In this document: positions 1 to 12,884 of the stretch, piece by piece
Layout: each line of letters begins with the position of its first letter
Numbering within the stretch: the first letter of the stretch is position 1
Source of the DNA: Gordius albopunctatus
Lineage: Eukaryota
NCBI GenBank assembly: GCA_964276515.1
Contig: OZ193910.1
Span: 6,014,001 to 6,078,000, forward strand
Direction of reading: 5' to 3'
DNA: 64,000 nt
The notes under the pieces: model-generated
Database searches by the model: none
Told to the model about the DNA's origin: nothing
The model's input: only the letters and a program-made list of their open reading frames with translations
Position numbers and translations under genes: made by a program

Positions 1-3000
1 CTATAGCTTATAGCGCCTCAAACCTCCCATCTCCTATAGCTCATAGCACCTCAAACCTCCCATCTCCTATAGCTCATAGCACCTCAAACCTCCCATCTCC
101 TATAGCTTATATCACCTCAAACCTCCCATCTCCTATAGCTTATAGCACCTCAAACTCCCATCTCCTATAGCACATAGCGCCTCAAACCTCCCATCTCCTA
201 TAGCTCATAGCACCTCAAACCTCCCATCTCCTATAGCTTATATCACCTCAAACCTCCCATCTCCTATAGCTTATATCACCTCAAACCTCCCATCTCCTAT
301 AGCTTATAGCACCTCAAACCTCCCATCTCCTATAGCTTATAGCACCTCAAACCTCCCATCTCCTATAGCTCATAGCACCTCAAACCTCCCATCTCCTATA
401 GCTTATATCACCTCAAACCTCCCATCTCCTATAGCTTATATCACCTCAAACCTCCCATCTCCTATAGCTTATAGCGCCTCAAACCTCCCATCTCCTATAG
501 CTTATAGCACCTCAAACTCCCATCTCCTATAGCTCATAGCACCTCAAACCTCCCATCTCCTATAGCTTATATCACCTCAAACCTCTCATCTCCTATAGCT
601 TATATCACCTCAAACCTCCCATCTCCTATAGCTTATAGCACCTCAAACCTCCCATCTCCTATAGCTCATAGCACCTCAAACCTCCCATCTCCTATAGCTT
701 ATAGCACCTCAAACCTCCCATCTCCTATAGCTCATAGCACCTCAAACCTCCCATCTCCTATAGCTTATAGCACCTCAAACCTCCCATCTCCTATAGCTCA
801 TATCACCTCAAACCTCCCATCTCCTATAGCTTATATCACCTCAAACCTCCCATATAGCTTATAGCACCTCAAACTCCCATCTCCTATAGCTTATAGCACC
901 TCAAACCTCCCATCTCCTATAGCTCATAGCACCTCAAACCTCCCATCTCCTATAGCTTATATCACCTCAAACCTCCCATCTCCTATAGCTTATAGCACCT
1001 CAAACTCCCATCTCCTATAGCACATAGCGCCTCAAACCTCCCATCTCCTATAGCTCATAGCACCTCAAACCTCCCATCTCCTATAGCTTATAGCACCTCA
1101 AACCTCCCATCTCCTATAGCTCATAGCACCTCAAACCTCCCATCTCCTATAGCTTATAGCACCTCAAACCTCCCATCTCCTATAGCTCATATCACCTCAA
1201 ACCTCCCATCTCCTATAGCTTATATCACCTCAAACCTCCCATATAGCTTATAGCACCTCAAACTCCCATCTCCTATAGCACATATCACCTCAAACCTCCC
1301 ATCTCCTATAGCTCATAGCACCTCAAACCTCCCATCTCCTATAGCTCATAGCACCTCAAACCTCCCATCTCCTATAGCTCATATCACCTCAAACCTCCCA
1401 TCTCCTATAGCTTATATCACCTCAAACTCCCATCTCCTATAGCACATAGCGCCTCAAACCTCCCATCTCCTATAGCTCATAGCACCTCAAACCTCCCATC
1501 TCCTATAGCTTATAGCACCTCAAACCTCCCATCTCCTATAGCTTATAGCGCCTCAAACCTCCCATCTCCTATAGCTCATAGCACCTCAAACCTCCCATCT
1601 CCTATAGCTTATATCACCTCAAACCTCCCATCTCCTATAGCTTATAGCACCTCAAACTCCCATCTCCTATAGCACATAGCGCCTCAAACCTCCCATCTCC
1701 TATAGCTCATAGCACCTCAAACCTCCCATCTCCTATAGCTTATATCACCTCAAACCTCCCATCTCCTATAGCTTATATCACCTCAAACCTCCCATCTCCT
1801 ATAGCTTATAGCACCTCAAACCTCCCATCTCCTATAGCTTATAGCACCTCAAACCTCCCATCTCCTATAGCTCATAGCACCTCAAACCTCCCATCTCCTA
1901 TAGCTTATATCACCTCAAACCTCCCATCTCCTATAGCTTATATCACCTCAAACCTCCCATCTCCTATAGCTTATAGCGCCTCAAACCTCCCATCTCCTAT
2001 AGCTTATATCACCTCAAACCTCCCATCTCCTATAGCTTATAGCACCTCAAACTCCCATCTCCTATAGCTCATAGCACCTCAAACCTCCCATCTCCTATAG
2101 CTTATATCACCTCAAACCTCCCATCTCCTATAGCTTATATCACCTCAAACCTCCCATCTCCTATAGCTTATAGCACCTCAAACCTCCCATCTCCTATAGC
2201 TTATAGCACCTCAAACCTCCCATCTCCTATAGCTCATAGCACCTCAAACCTCCCATCTCCTATAGCTTATATCACCTCAAACCTCCCATCTCCTATAGCT
2301 TATAGCGCCTCAAACCTCCCATCTCCTATAGCTCATAGCACCTCAAACCTCCCATCTCCTATAGCTCATAGCACCTCAAACCTCCCATCTCCTATAGCTT
2401 ATAGCACCTCAAACCTCCCATCTCCTATAGCTCATAGCACCTCAAACCTCCCATCTCCTATAGCTTATATCACCTCAAACCTCCCATCTCCTATAGCTTA
2501 TATCACCTCAAACCTCCCATCTCCTATAGCTTATAGCACCTCAAACCTCCCATCTCCTATAGCTCATAGCACCTCAAACCTCCCATCTCCTATAGCTTAT
2601 ATCACCTCAAACCTCCCATCTCCTATAGCTTATAGCGCCTCAAACCTCCCATCTCCTATAGCTCATAGCACCTCAAACCTCCCATCTCCTATAGCTTATA
2701 TCACCTCAAACCTCCCATCTCCTATAGCTTATAGCACCTCAAACTCCCATCTCCTATAGCACATAGCGCCTCAAACCTCCCATCTCCTATAGCTCATAGC
2801 ACCTCAAACCTCCCATCTCCTATAGCTTATAGCACCTCAAACCTCCCATCTCCTATAGCTCATAGCACCTCAAACCTCCCATCTCCTATAGCTTATAGCA
2901 CCTCAAACCTCCCATCTCCTATAGCTCATATCACCTCAAACCTCCCATCTCCTATAGCTTATATCACCTCAAACCTCCCATCTCCTATAGCTTATAGCAC

Positions 3001-3098
3001 CTCAAACTCCCATCTCCTATAGCACATAGCGCCTCAAACCTCCCATCTCCTATAGCTCATAGCACCTCAAACCTCCCATCTCCTATAGCTTATAGCAC
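1..3098. repeat. Tandem satellite, 33-bp unit CTATAGCTTATAGCACCTCAAACCTCCCATCTC (about 94 copies, runs off window start)
   Basis: Directly visible. A few recurring variants (CTCATAGCAC, TTATATCAC, CACATAGCGC, 1-bp and 5-bp deletion units). + strand strongly C-rich. Confidence 0.99.
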
Positions 3099-3839
3099 TT
3101 AAAGTGACTATGTGCTATAGCTTTAGCTCCTTAAAAACGCTATTTCCCCATCACTACCTCAAGGTTAGGTTGATTGACAGCCTCAGGTTGTCAATCAACC
3201 TTAAACCTAACCTTAAGGTGAGGTTTGATTTGAGGTTTATAAGGACCTCAAGGTTTTTCATATAAAAAAACCTTAAAACCTCAGGACCACCTTGAGGTCA
3301 CCTCGAGGTTTAAAACAAGTATGCTTCATTTTTTATATCTTAATTTTACGACTAAATTATAGTCTCTAACAAAAAAAATTTATTAAGTATATATATATAT
3401 TAAAAATAGTTCAAATAAATTTATTTTAATAGCAAATTACGTATATAATCTATAAATTTTTACTCTCTAATAAATTATCATTTTGTTTGATAGAATTAAT
3501 GCATGTGTATTAAAAATATGCTGCCATCTACATTGTGTTATATTTTTATAACAATTTTTTCAAATTTCCTGCCTATCTATGGTATCTATATCACAGGATA
3601 TCCTGTGATATACACGCCTTGTATTTTTTAATAGTTCTTTTATGGACAAAGAGAGATAATTGTATGAATTCTATGTATTTTAGATTGTATAAATAGTAAG
3701 ACGGCCTGGCGGCACCAAAAATAAATTTACTATTTTTATATCTTAATTAAAAATTCCTCATTTAAGTAGCATAAACTTCATATTTAAGTCAATCGAGATA
3801 AAATTTTTAAGCAATTTTATTTTATTTACTAAATCTATA

Positions 3840-5637
3840 TAACGTGACGTGATCAAATCTCGAAAAACATCATAACCTCATTGTCAATGGGGACGTGCCT
3901 CATGAAATAATACCTATTTTGTTTGGCGCCAAATTGATAGCGATTAAGAAGCCAGACAATTAACTAATACCTATCACTATTGGGGGAGTTTTTAGAAGGA
4001 TTATTTCTAAAATAATATGTAATAAAATCAAACCGATCCTTTCCACTAACCTAAGTCCACATCAATTAGGTTTTGGAATAAAGGGTGGCTGCGAAGCTGC
4101 TAGTCATGTGGTCATCCTCGCGAAGTTTTTAAAGCCATCAAAATTATAAAGGATTTCGAACCAATTTTAAAACTAAAACTAAACAAGACCAAATGTGAGA
4201 TCTTTCAACCCCCTGATTACTCATTATATCCACACATTACCTCTTTTTTAGAAATCGAGAAAGACGCTATGTGCCATCTTGGATCGCCTATAGGTGGTAG
4301 AGTTGGACTCGCAACTTATTTGGAGAAAAATCTCTCTATTTTAAACTCAAAATTAGATCTCTTAAAGTGTTTGCCTTCACACCACGCTTTTTACATAATG
4401 AAACTATTTTAATATTTCAAAGATTCAAAACTGTTTTCGCTCTTCAAGTGCTTTTTTACACTCGGAAATTTTAAACCTCTTTGATCAGAATATTAAATCT
4501 ATTTTACAATCTATTTTAAATATAAAGCTCAATACTCATAGTTGGTTACAAGCTTCCCTACCAACCAAATCGGGTGGTTTAGGGATTCGCTCACCTGCCG
4601 CAATATCTCTAGTCTCGTTTATTTCATCTTACAAATCGGTACAAGATACCATTTTTAAGTTGTATCCTGTTAAAGAAGACCCGCTTTTACCCATTTCTTT
4701 AGCTATTTGGGAAAACAATACCAATCCCGGAACATCTTTGCCACAAACCTCACGACAAAAAGATTGGGATGCCGGACTTGTGTTGCGCTCCGTTGATTAT
4801 CTAATTTCGAGTAGCGATGCAAGTCAGTGTTCTAATTTAAGGTCGTTTTTGTTTGATGGCTCAGGTCACGAATGGCTAGAGGTCTACCCAAGCTGTCTCA
4901 CCGGGATGATGCTGGAGGACTCGGAACTTTCGTACTCCATAGCTCTCAGGCTAGGGGTGAAATTTTCGAAGCCATTTATTTGCCGAAATTGCAGCATACT
5001 CGTAGACGAACAAGCCAGGCATCCCTTACACTGCCTGGCAAACAAATTCAAATATGTTAGACACAATAAGGCCAACACCTTAATTCAAAGTGCACTGAAG
5101 AGAGCAAATATCCCATCCATCTTGGAGCCATCGGACCCCTCCTTGGAGGGACGTATGCGTCCTGATGGATCTTCTTTAGTCCCATGGAGCAATGGTCTTC
5201 ACCTTAAATGGGACTTCACGTGTATTGACCTATTTGCCCCCTCTAACTACAACAATGATTCTTTAGCTGTCGCAGAGGGGCGGAAAACTAATAAATACAA
5301 AGCCCTATTTTCCTCAAACATTTTTATTCCATTGGTTGCTTCGTGTTCAGGCACCTTTGGCAAACAGGCCTTAGCCTTCTTTAAAGAGATAGGAAGACGT
5401 TCTCCCCGTCTAAACATTCGGTATCCTTTTTACTTAAACAACGACTTGGTATTCTTATAGCCAAGTACAATTTTAAATCGTTCGCGGATTCTTGGCCAAT
5501 TTTGGAAGATCCCCTCGATGATGATATATTAGAATAGTGTATTATTTTATTTTAGGCATTTTGTCTTTTATATTTTATGTATTTATATTATATTACTGTC
5601 AACGGATTTTTAACAAATAAACTTTTTAATAAAAAAA
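3840..5637 (+). mobile_element. CRE-like (RLE-type) non-LTR retrotransposon, 5'-truncated, internally deleted, decayed
   Basis: RT N-terminal motifs FGAKLIAIKK..IPITIGGVFRRIISK and QLGFGIKGGCEAA (3920-4105). RT core missing. WLQASLP..GGLG; CCHC knuckle CRNC..HPLHC; RHN; RLE motifs RPDG..PWS.G..WDFTC.D..K..KY (ORF 4660-5460). AATAAA and A-rich tail at 5615-5637. Confidence 0.88.
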
Positions 5638-6668
5638 TTTAAAAGCCTCGTTACGATTATTGTGCTAGCTTACTGCTATGACGTTATAAATATTCCTTTT
5701 CGGATATGGTATTAATTAATAGGCGTTTGAGACGATTTAAACGCACTGTACCTGTAGCTCCTATAGGGACACCATCCTATTTAATTTTGCTTGGCTAACG
5801 AAAACGTGGCCTCTTAGTCAGATTTCAAGGTAACGAGATAGCAGTTTTAGTGGCCACACACCATGTATCAAATACAAAGGGCTTGCTATGAGCTGCTTTG
5901 CTATCTGGTGTCCATAATATAGATTCATCCATTAGAATATGGGATGAGTTGCAATATGATTGTTGTTAAACCTATCATTTAAATCCAAAAGACCTCAAAA
6001 CTTGAAAAATTTATCTATTTGGACCAGTTTAGAGTTGTCTAATAGATGAAGAAATTTAGTTATTTCTTGAAACAGATTTTTAAGTATATAGCATTGGATA
6101 ACATATTGTTGATGGAATATCAGCTTGAAGTTCCCAAAACATTTCGACATTTTTAGGAGACAAATAACCACTTAAAGTATGAAACGAAGTCAAAATTTGT
6201 TATGATAAATTAAAATTAGGGTTGTGTTGTTTGTCAATCATAGATTTAATGTGAAACAATAAAATTCACAATATTACATATTATTTGAAGGGGACTAAGG
6301 GCTTCTAAAAGTCCGCCATTTGCTATCGAACTGAAAGTGGACCCATTGAGTAAAATTATTGGCAAATTCTATAAAATCATTAAATCAGAATGAATTATAG
6401 AAATGTAAACCTCTATCTTGAGCTGAATAAAAATTATTAATGAAATCCTCCTATTCAATCCTAAAAATATTTGAAATGATAGGAAGTATAATTTCATCTA
6501 TAATCCGCCTTTCTAATCAATAAAACAACGAAAAATCTTAAATATGGTTTTACCAAGACTTCGTTATACCTTAACTATTCTAGCCCTACCCCCTATATAT
6601 TACCAACTAAAAAAATATTGGAAGGTTCATGTTTAATAATCAAATCACTAGAATTTTCACGCCAAGCA

Positions 6669-6837
6669 CATGGGGGTATCCAGCATTGGAATTAGAGGGG
6701 GGAGCAATAATAATTTAGGGAGGGGCAAAATGATAATTTTGTGAAATTTTAGCAAAAATTTTATTAAATTTTTGGATTTTGAGGGGGGCAGCCGCCCCCC
6801 CCCCCGCCAACCCCCCCCCCCACCTGGCTACGCCATG
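6669..6837. mobile_element. hAT-type MITE (CATGGGCGTAGCC family)
   Basis: TIR-like ends CATGGGGGTATCCAG / CTGGCTACGCCATG, degenerate 8-bp flanks (GCCAAGCA/ACCAGGCA). Homologous to many copies in the window. Confidence 0.8.
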
Positions 6838-6858
6838 ACCAGGCACACAAGCCCTGCC

Positions 6859-7198
6859 CAATGTAACTTATAGGTGACGTTCCAGTTTACGGCAAATTTT
6901 AAATGCTTTGGATTACTCAAATAAATTTAAAATTACTATCAAAATGTTGGGAAAATCATACAGATTTTGAATATGTAAATTAAATTGCAAAAACTTAATG
7001 TTGAATATCGAATAAAAGGAGGCACGCCGAAATTACGATTTTTGAACGAATATAATTCAAGAACCAATGAAGAGGGACTAATGAAAATATATGATCTGAT
7101 TTATCCCAATCCAATCTATCAAATCTGATTTAAAAGCTAATTTTATCTTCAGTATTTTTTAAAAAAAGTTAAAGTTGCGTCACCTACATGTTACACTG
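6859..7198. mobile_element. MITE with imperfect ~20-bp TIRs
   Basis: CAATGTAACTTATAGGTGACG ... CGTCACCTACATGTTACACTG are near reverse complements; no TSD seen. Confidence 0.55.
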
Positions 7199-7735
7199 CT
7201 ACTTGTAAGGTTAAATAATATATATTTTACGCATAATAATAATTATATGCATTGTGGCTTATAATCAATGGAAAAAAACTATATTACTTATCAGGGGTAG
7301 AGGCGGCCACCCCCCCCCCTCCCTACATGATGGGGAAAAAAATTAAAAAAATTATGTTTTGCCCTCCCCCCCTAATCCAAAACCTGGATACGCCCATGCC
7401 TGTCATATTCATCCATTTATTTCTGCATTCTTTTTTATTTTATTTCCCAGTCATTTAGTTCACTTCAGTTACATAATTAAGTAGCTTATGTGTTAAAAAT
7501 TAACTTAAATAATAGTTCATTCGATGTGTTTTTTAATTCATTTTGAAAATTATATCTAAAGTGCTTAACAATCAGAATATAAAACTATTAAATTTTGTCG
7601 ATTATTATATTTAGAAATGACTTCGTACCATTTTAATTTTATATATGAATAAGATAACCTTCAAAAAAGCCTTATTTTTCCATTTATTTACTAAAAATAC
7701 CTGGGGGTATATTGAAATGTTTAACAAATTACAAC

Positions 7736-7904
7736 CATGGGCGTAGCCAGCATTGGGATTAGAGGGGGGTACTAATGATTTAGGGAGGGGCAAAGTGATC
7801 ACTTTTTGAAATTTTAGCCATAATTTTATTAAATTTTAACATTTTTTTGGATTTAAAGTGGGGCGTTCGCCCTTCCCTGCCTCTCCCCCCTTTGGCTACG
7901 CCAT
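7736..7904. mobile_element. hAT-type MITE (CATGGGCGTAGCC family)
   Basis: CATGGGCGTAGCCA...TGGCTACGCCAT. Flank ATTACAAC (7728-7735) recurs at 9201-9208, suggesting a nested composite. Confidence 0.8.
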
Positions 7905-9196
7905 CCTCTGGATTTCGAATCGAATACTTTTAGTATTCGATTTGGATTCGAAAATTTTATTTGAATAAATATTCGATTCTAAATTCTACGAATATTAAAA
8001 TAATGATTCGAATTCGATTCAAAAAAAAATTTAAGATTCGATTCGAATTTTTTTTAATTTCTTTAATTCCTAAATATCGCTATAAATTAAAATTTATTCA
8101 TAAAAATACAAAGATTAAATATAAAAATATTGAAGGCGAAAAGGATAAAATATCGATAATTGTTTTTGGTTCGTTTATGTTTGTTATATAAAAAAGCTTT
8201 CACGATGGCAGGTTGCATAATTCGATCATTTATAATGGTCCCAAGCTATTAACTTATTTTTCTTATTCAGTATCATAATTATTTAAATTTAACAAAGTCT
8301 CGGGCAATTTATTATTATTTAGTTTCGGTACTCGTATAAATCTAAAATTATCATATGTAAAAAGCTATTTTAATTGCTATGCAATTTATGGGCTCGCTTT
8401 GGGTTGTCCAGCCGTCCGTCCGTCCAACTTGTAATTTTTCTATAATTGCCGTGGAAACTTCACGGGTTTTTAATGGCTATGGACTTTTGCTTCTGTAAAG
8501 GACTTTTGTTTTGCTTTCACAAATAGACTAGCTAATGACCACTGGTTGCCTTTACTTTTTCGACCTCGCCCGGGCACAATATCCGTTATTATTGTTTAAG
8601 AGGCCGACAGATTGCCTTAATCATTTATGAATTTTGAGAAACTTGTGTAGTTGCTTTATATCGGGTAAATGCGAAACTGGCTAAGTGATTCCCCGTAAAT
8701 TAATGCTGACCCTTGCTAAATTCTACCTTAGCTGACCCGCCCAAAGGCCTAAATCTATATCTATTTTTGATGGTATCTAAGCTTCAAATATAAAATACGT
8801 GATATTTCGTCGTGTTTTTTTCATTGATAATATACTGTTCTTGTTAATAACATTAATAATATATGCTTTATGGCCGGCTGATGTCTACTGCAACGGAAAA
8901 AATCACCACTGGCCAAAGTGTGATTATTTTTAAAAATATATTTTGTGTATGCTCAGAAATTTTAAATTTAGTGATCGGGGAAAATAACTAATTTGCGGAA
9001 AGGTGAAAACAGCTTAATTATTATTTTCGCCTTGTAAATTTAAAATAACCATCAAGTATAAATACTTTTTCAAATCCTTTTTTAAATATACGATTCGGAT
9101 TTTTGAATCTCACCAGGTAAATATTCGATTCGAAATTTAGGCCTAAGAATTCGAAATCTGAATTCGAACCGAATCTCGAATATTTCCCAGCAGAGG
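7905..9196. mobile_element. Non-autonomous hAT-like element with TTCGAA/ATTCGA subterminal repeats
   Basis: Clusters of ATTCGA/TCGAAT at 7912-8050 and 9090-9182; termini CCTCTG / CAGAGG. Confidence 0.55.
8369..8760 (+). mobile_element. DINE-1/Helentron-like non-autonomous element (5' part; 3' end uncertain)
   Basis: TTAATTGCTATGCAATTTATGGGCTCG followed by (GTCC)n microsatellite; same end appears inverted at 14215-14282. Confidence 0.55.
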
Positions 9197-10275
9197 CGTA
9201 ATTACAACTATTGCACTTACCTATGAAGATATCTTTGTTATACTATTTTTAACAAACCAATTTGCAAATATTGTACAACCCTCACTCAGTAAAATGGCAT
9301 CTAATAATGCATAAATATTTTATTTTTTCCATGAGCGCGACCGATCTTGGTAGGAGCCATTCCTAAAGTGCAAAAAATTAAGGAGGGCGGGGGTCGGCCC
9401 TTAGGTTTTTTAAAAGGGCATGGTTCGCCGTCTTCCTGAAAAGGCCCGTTGCGAATCCCCCACGAATATTTATAACCACCTATTTGTAACATAATGCGCA
9501 ACTATTACTATTTTCTAATGAATTAATTTATCACATTTTTATGCGACAAAAAATTAAAATTTTAGACAGTAACGCAGCCAAACACCCTATAGCTTGGTTA
9601 AAATTATCATTATAATTGTGTAAAATGGCGGGCTATTGTTGATGGTTAAGTTAAAATGCAGTTTAACTTTTATCAGGTTTCTTACAATCTTTAATTCACC
9701 TGCCAGTTGCCCTCCTTGCATTTTTTTCCACGGAAAACAGCAATGTGCAAGTGATACATTAATTTCAAGAAAAAATAAATTACAGGTGATCCTGATTAGT
9801 TACCACACATATAATTAATGACCAAAGCAATAATTGATTACAACAATTTTTTACAAAAATTTTTTGTGATATGTATAAAAATATTAGTTTGTGAAGTAAG
9901 ATAGCTTAATTAACGAATTTCGTAAACTAAAATAGCAAACTTTTATTAAAAGGATTTTGCATAGCATGTGGTTTATCTCAATCTTAAATATAGAAAAAAT
10001 GAAAATTAAATTATCATTAAATTTTAATAAAAATTTTTATTTGACTATTCATTAATTAATTATAAAAAGTGAATTCACATTTTGTAATCAGCAAATTTTA
10101 AAAAGAGATTTATAAGCGGTTTTTAAAAACTGGCTCCCTATTGACTTAATATAATTGAAAAACGCCCATGAATGAATTGGGTTTCGGGATGAATTATCTG
10201 TAAACAGGCGGTTGGATATATTATAGTCCGCTTATATTAATATTTGCAATAGTATTCAAACTTATTTTACCCTTA

Positions 10276-10554
10276 GGGCTTGTCTTAATATCGGATTCAG
10301 ATTCAAATGGCGCGAATTCATCTTTATCAAATATACGATTCAATTTCATGTGTCAGACTCGGTTTTAATTATTAATATTTTGTTTTTTGATAGTTAAATC
10401 CCTTTTTTATTTCTTTCAACTCTTGAGATTAATCGCTCTTATATTATGCGTCCGAAATGAAAATCTGCTGTGAATTCCAAGTTTAGACACGGCTATGTTA
10501 TAACCCGTATGACGATTTTTGCTGCGCAGCAAAATCCGATATTAAGACAAGCCC
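10276..10554. mobile_element. PIF/Harbinger (Tourist-like) MITE
   Basis: 22-bp perfect TIR GGGCTTGTCTTAATATCGGATT, TTA TSD on both sides; second copy at 55444-55723. Confidence 0.9.
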
Positions 10555-11512
10555 TTAGAAAGTAGTTTTATAAAACAACATTTATATTATTATAAATGAT
10601 AATGTGTCACTTAATCCAAAATTTAGGATTAATGTAATTTATCAGACAAAGCTTTGACTATTTGCATTATTCAATTGATTAGGGTAAAAGCTTAAACTTC
10701 ATGCCTTCACGATGTCAATAATTGTTTTTAAAAGTAGCCTTAAAAATAGATTATTAAAATATCTATAACACTATTTTTGGAAACGGTTAACAGCGCATGA
10801 TCAGTTCTTTTTGACCATTTTTTAGTCAAATTATTATCAAATTTATAAGTAATTAAAGTAACTTATTACAACAGAGGTTGGTTAAATAAATTCGATTTTT
10901 AAAGAACATTAAATAAATGTATTACGTCAATACTATTCAACACATCAATTATGACTCAATTAATTACTAGGTGGATGAAACAATTACGGTATTTCCCAGG
11001 TAGCATTTGCTTTATTCACTGACATATTAGACTTTTACAGTAGAGTGCAAGAGCAACGGCTATATAACAGGTCAAATTACTAATTAGTCTCAACTTGTAC
11101 GAAGTAAGATGCTGTCCTTTCATTGAATTTAATAATTTATATAAAATTCTTTTTTTTCCAAAATTACCTATTTTTTATAAACTCAGGAAGCTCTCCTTTG
11201 CTCTAATAACAAATTATTATTTATAACAATTTTCTTTCAAATTAGAAGTATGTTTAATAGTATTTTGACCGAGATTGAGCTGCGCATTTTAATTTGTATG
11301 GCCATTTTTATATACAGTTATCAAATAGTACACAGAGTGGGTGCAATAATTGAGGAAAAATACGATTTTAAAATAATATAATGCATATAAATACGAAAAA
11401 TTATATTGACAAAAAATTTGAACTTAAACCAAAGGCAAATTTTTATAGCTTGTATGGAAAAATCATTTTCAAACATGGAACTATTGAACCTTTATTTATA
11501 TCAAGCCTATAG

Positions 11513-12040
11513 CTACTTGGATTCTTTGAATTTTTTTATCATCGTTCCTTCTTCACATTTTTGGGTTAAACAATCTGGAATAATACATAGACTAGACTAG
11601 ACGTTGAGAATTAAAAAATTTTCATGGTAAATTAAATTTTTAAAAAGTTTTAAGATTTCTGCTTGAAACAGAATTAACTCAATATATATATAAATAATTT
11701 AAACCTTCGTTTTTATGGCTTTAAAATCATTATTACCTTCCGATTTCCGTTTTACATGCAACTCTGGAATAGGTATTCTGCACATATTTTCACAAGATAC
11801 GAATTGTTTAAAAACTGAGGGGTGAAAAGAAAATGGACAATTAATCGATTTTCTGACATTTTTTGTATCCAGATTTTCAATGTTTGGATTGTATATATTA
11901 GCTTTCCCCTCTCGAGCTATGATTTTGGCAATGTATTCTTCAATGTTAGAAGGTATATTAAGAGGCCCAATAGTTAACTTTTGCAGTTTTATATATTCCT
12001 CATAAGTTTCAATTTTTTGACTGCAAAAATTTTGCTTCAT
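11513..12040 (-). CDS. Small orphan protein, probable two exons 12040-11737 and 11574-11513 (about 121 aa)
   Basis: ORF MKQNFCSQ...; G|gtaata donor and ttccag acceptor join in frame to DCLTQKCEEGTMIKKFKESK*; AATAAA at 11496-11491 just after the stop. No family recognised. Confidence 0.5.
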
Positions 12041-12884
12041 TAATCAATTTATGGAGATTTGTTTGGAAACACTATTATTCTAGAATGATACGACCGCTTT
12101 TATTAAAAGTTTATAATTACAAAACATAAATATGTTATTATACATAAAATTTATAATGTAAAAAATTTTTAAAATAAAAATAAAATTATATATAAATTAT
12201 AAATTAAGAAATAGAAATGGTTGATATTTTGTGCAGTTTTATTTTCAATTTTAAAGAAAATTTTATAAATTGTTTAATATTTGATTAAATAAATATTCAT
12301 GCGAGGCACTTTATTTTGTGAATAATTTTTTTTAATTGCAGCATATAAGCTGTTAAAATTTTAAGCTTGTTAAATTGACTATAAAATTTTCTACTTAAAC
12401 ATTTAAAAAATAGCCAGTTGTTTAACATTTGATTTTCTTAAAATTATTATCAGTATTTTTTGTTTCTCTATTATATTAATTTCCTTTTCATTTTTACCCG
12501 GTGATTAACGATATATTGCAAATACTTTCTATAAATAGCTGAGGCTAAAATTGAACACGAATAAAATGGTACATTCTCTAAAATCTTTATTTTGAATATT
12601 TTGCTTTAAATGTGCTATTTTTCCACGCTAAATAAATTTAATCTTAATTTTAATGGCTAAGTGGAATATAGTGCCTAAGTTAACAAATATTATTATAATA
12701 ACAATTTCTTAAGATAAAATTAACGTATAACCAACCTTAACATCGAATAGCGATACTACATTAACTAGATCCAAAAATTTAAGTTATTCAGTTTAAGGTT
12801 AATTATACCATTCTGACCAAAATATTTAATTCAAAAGCAAACTTAAATGCTTAAGCTTAAAGTCTCCGGGTGTTAAAACATAAT

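Noticed and set aside
1..3098. Satellite as a coding repeat (IAYSTSNLPSP)n or as a CRISPR array
   Set aside because: 32-bp and 28-bp units break the frame repeatedly; there are no unique spacers, no cas genes, and the context is eukaryotic.
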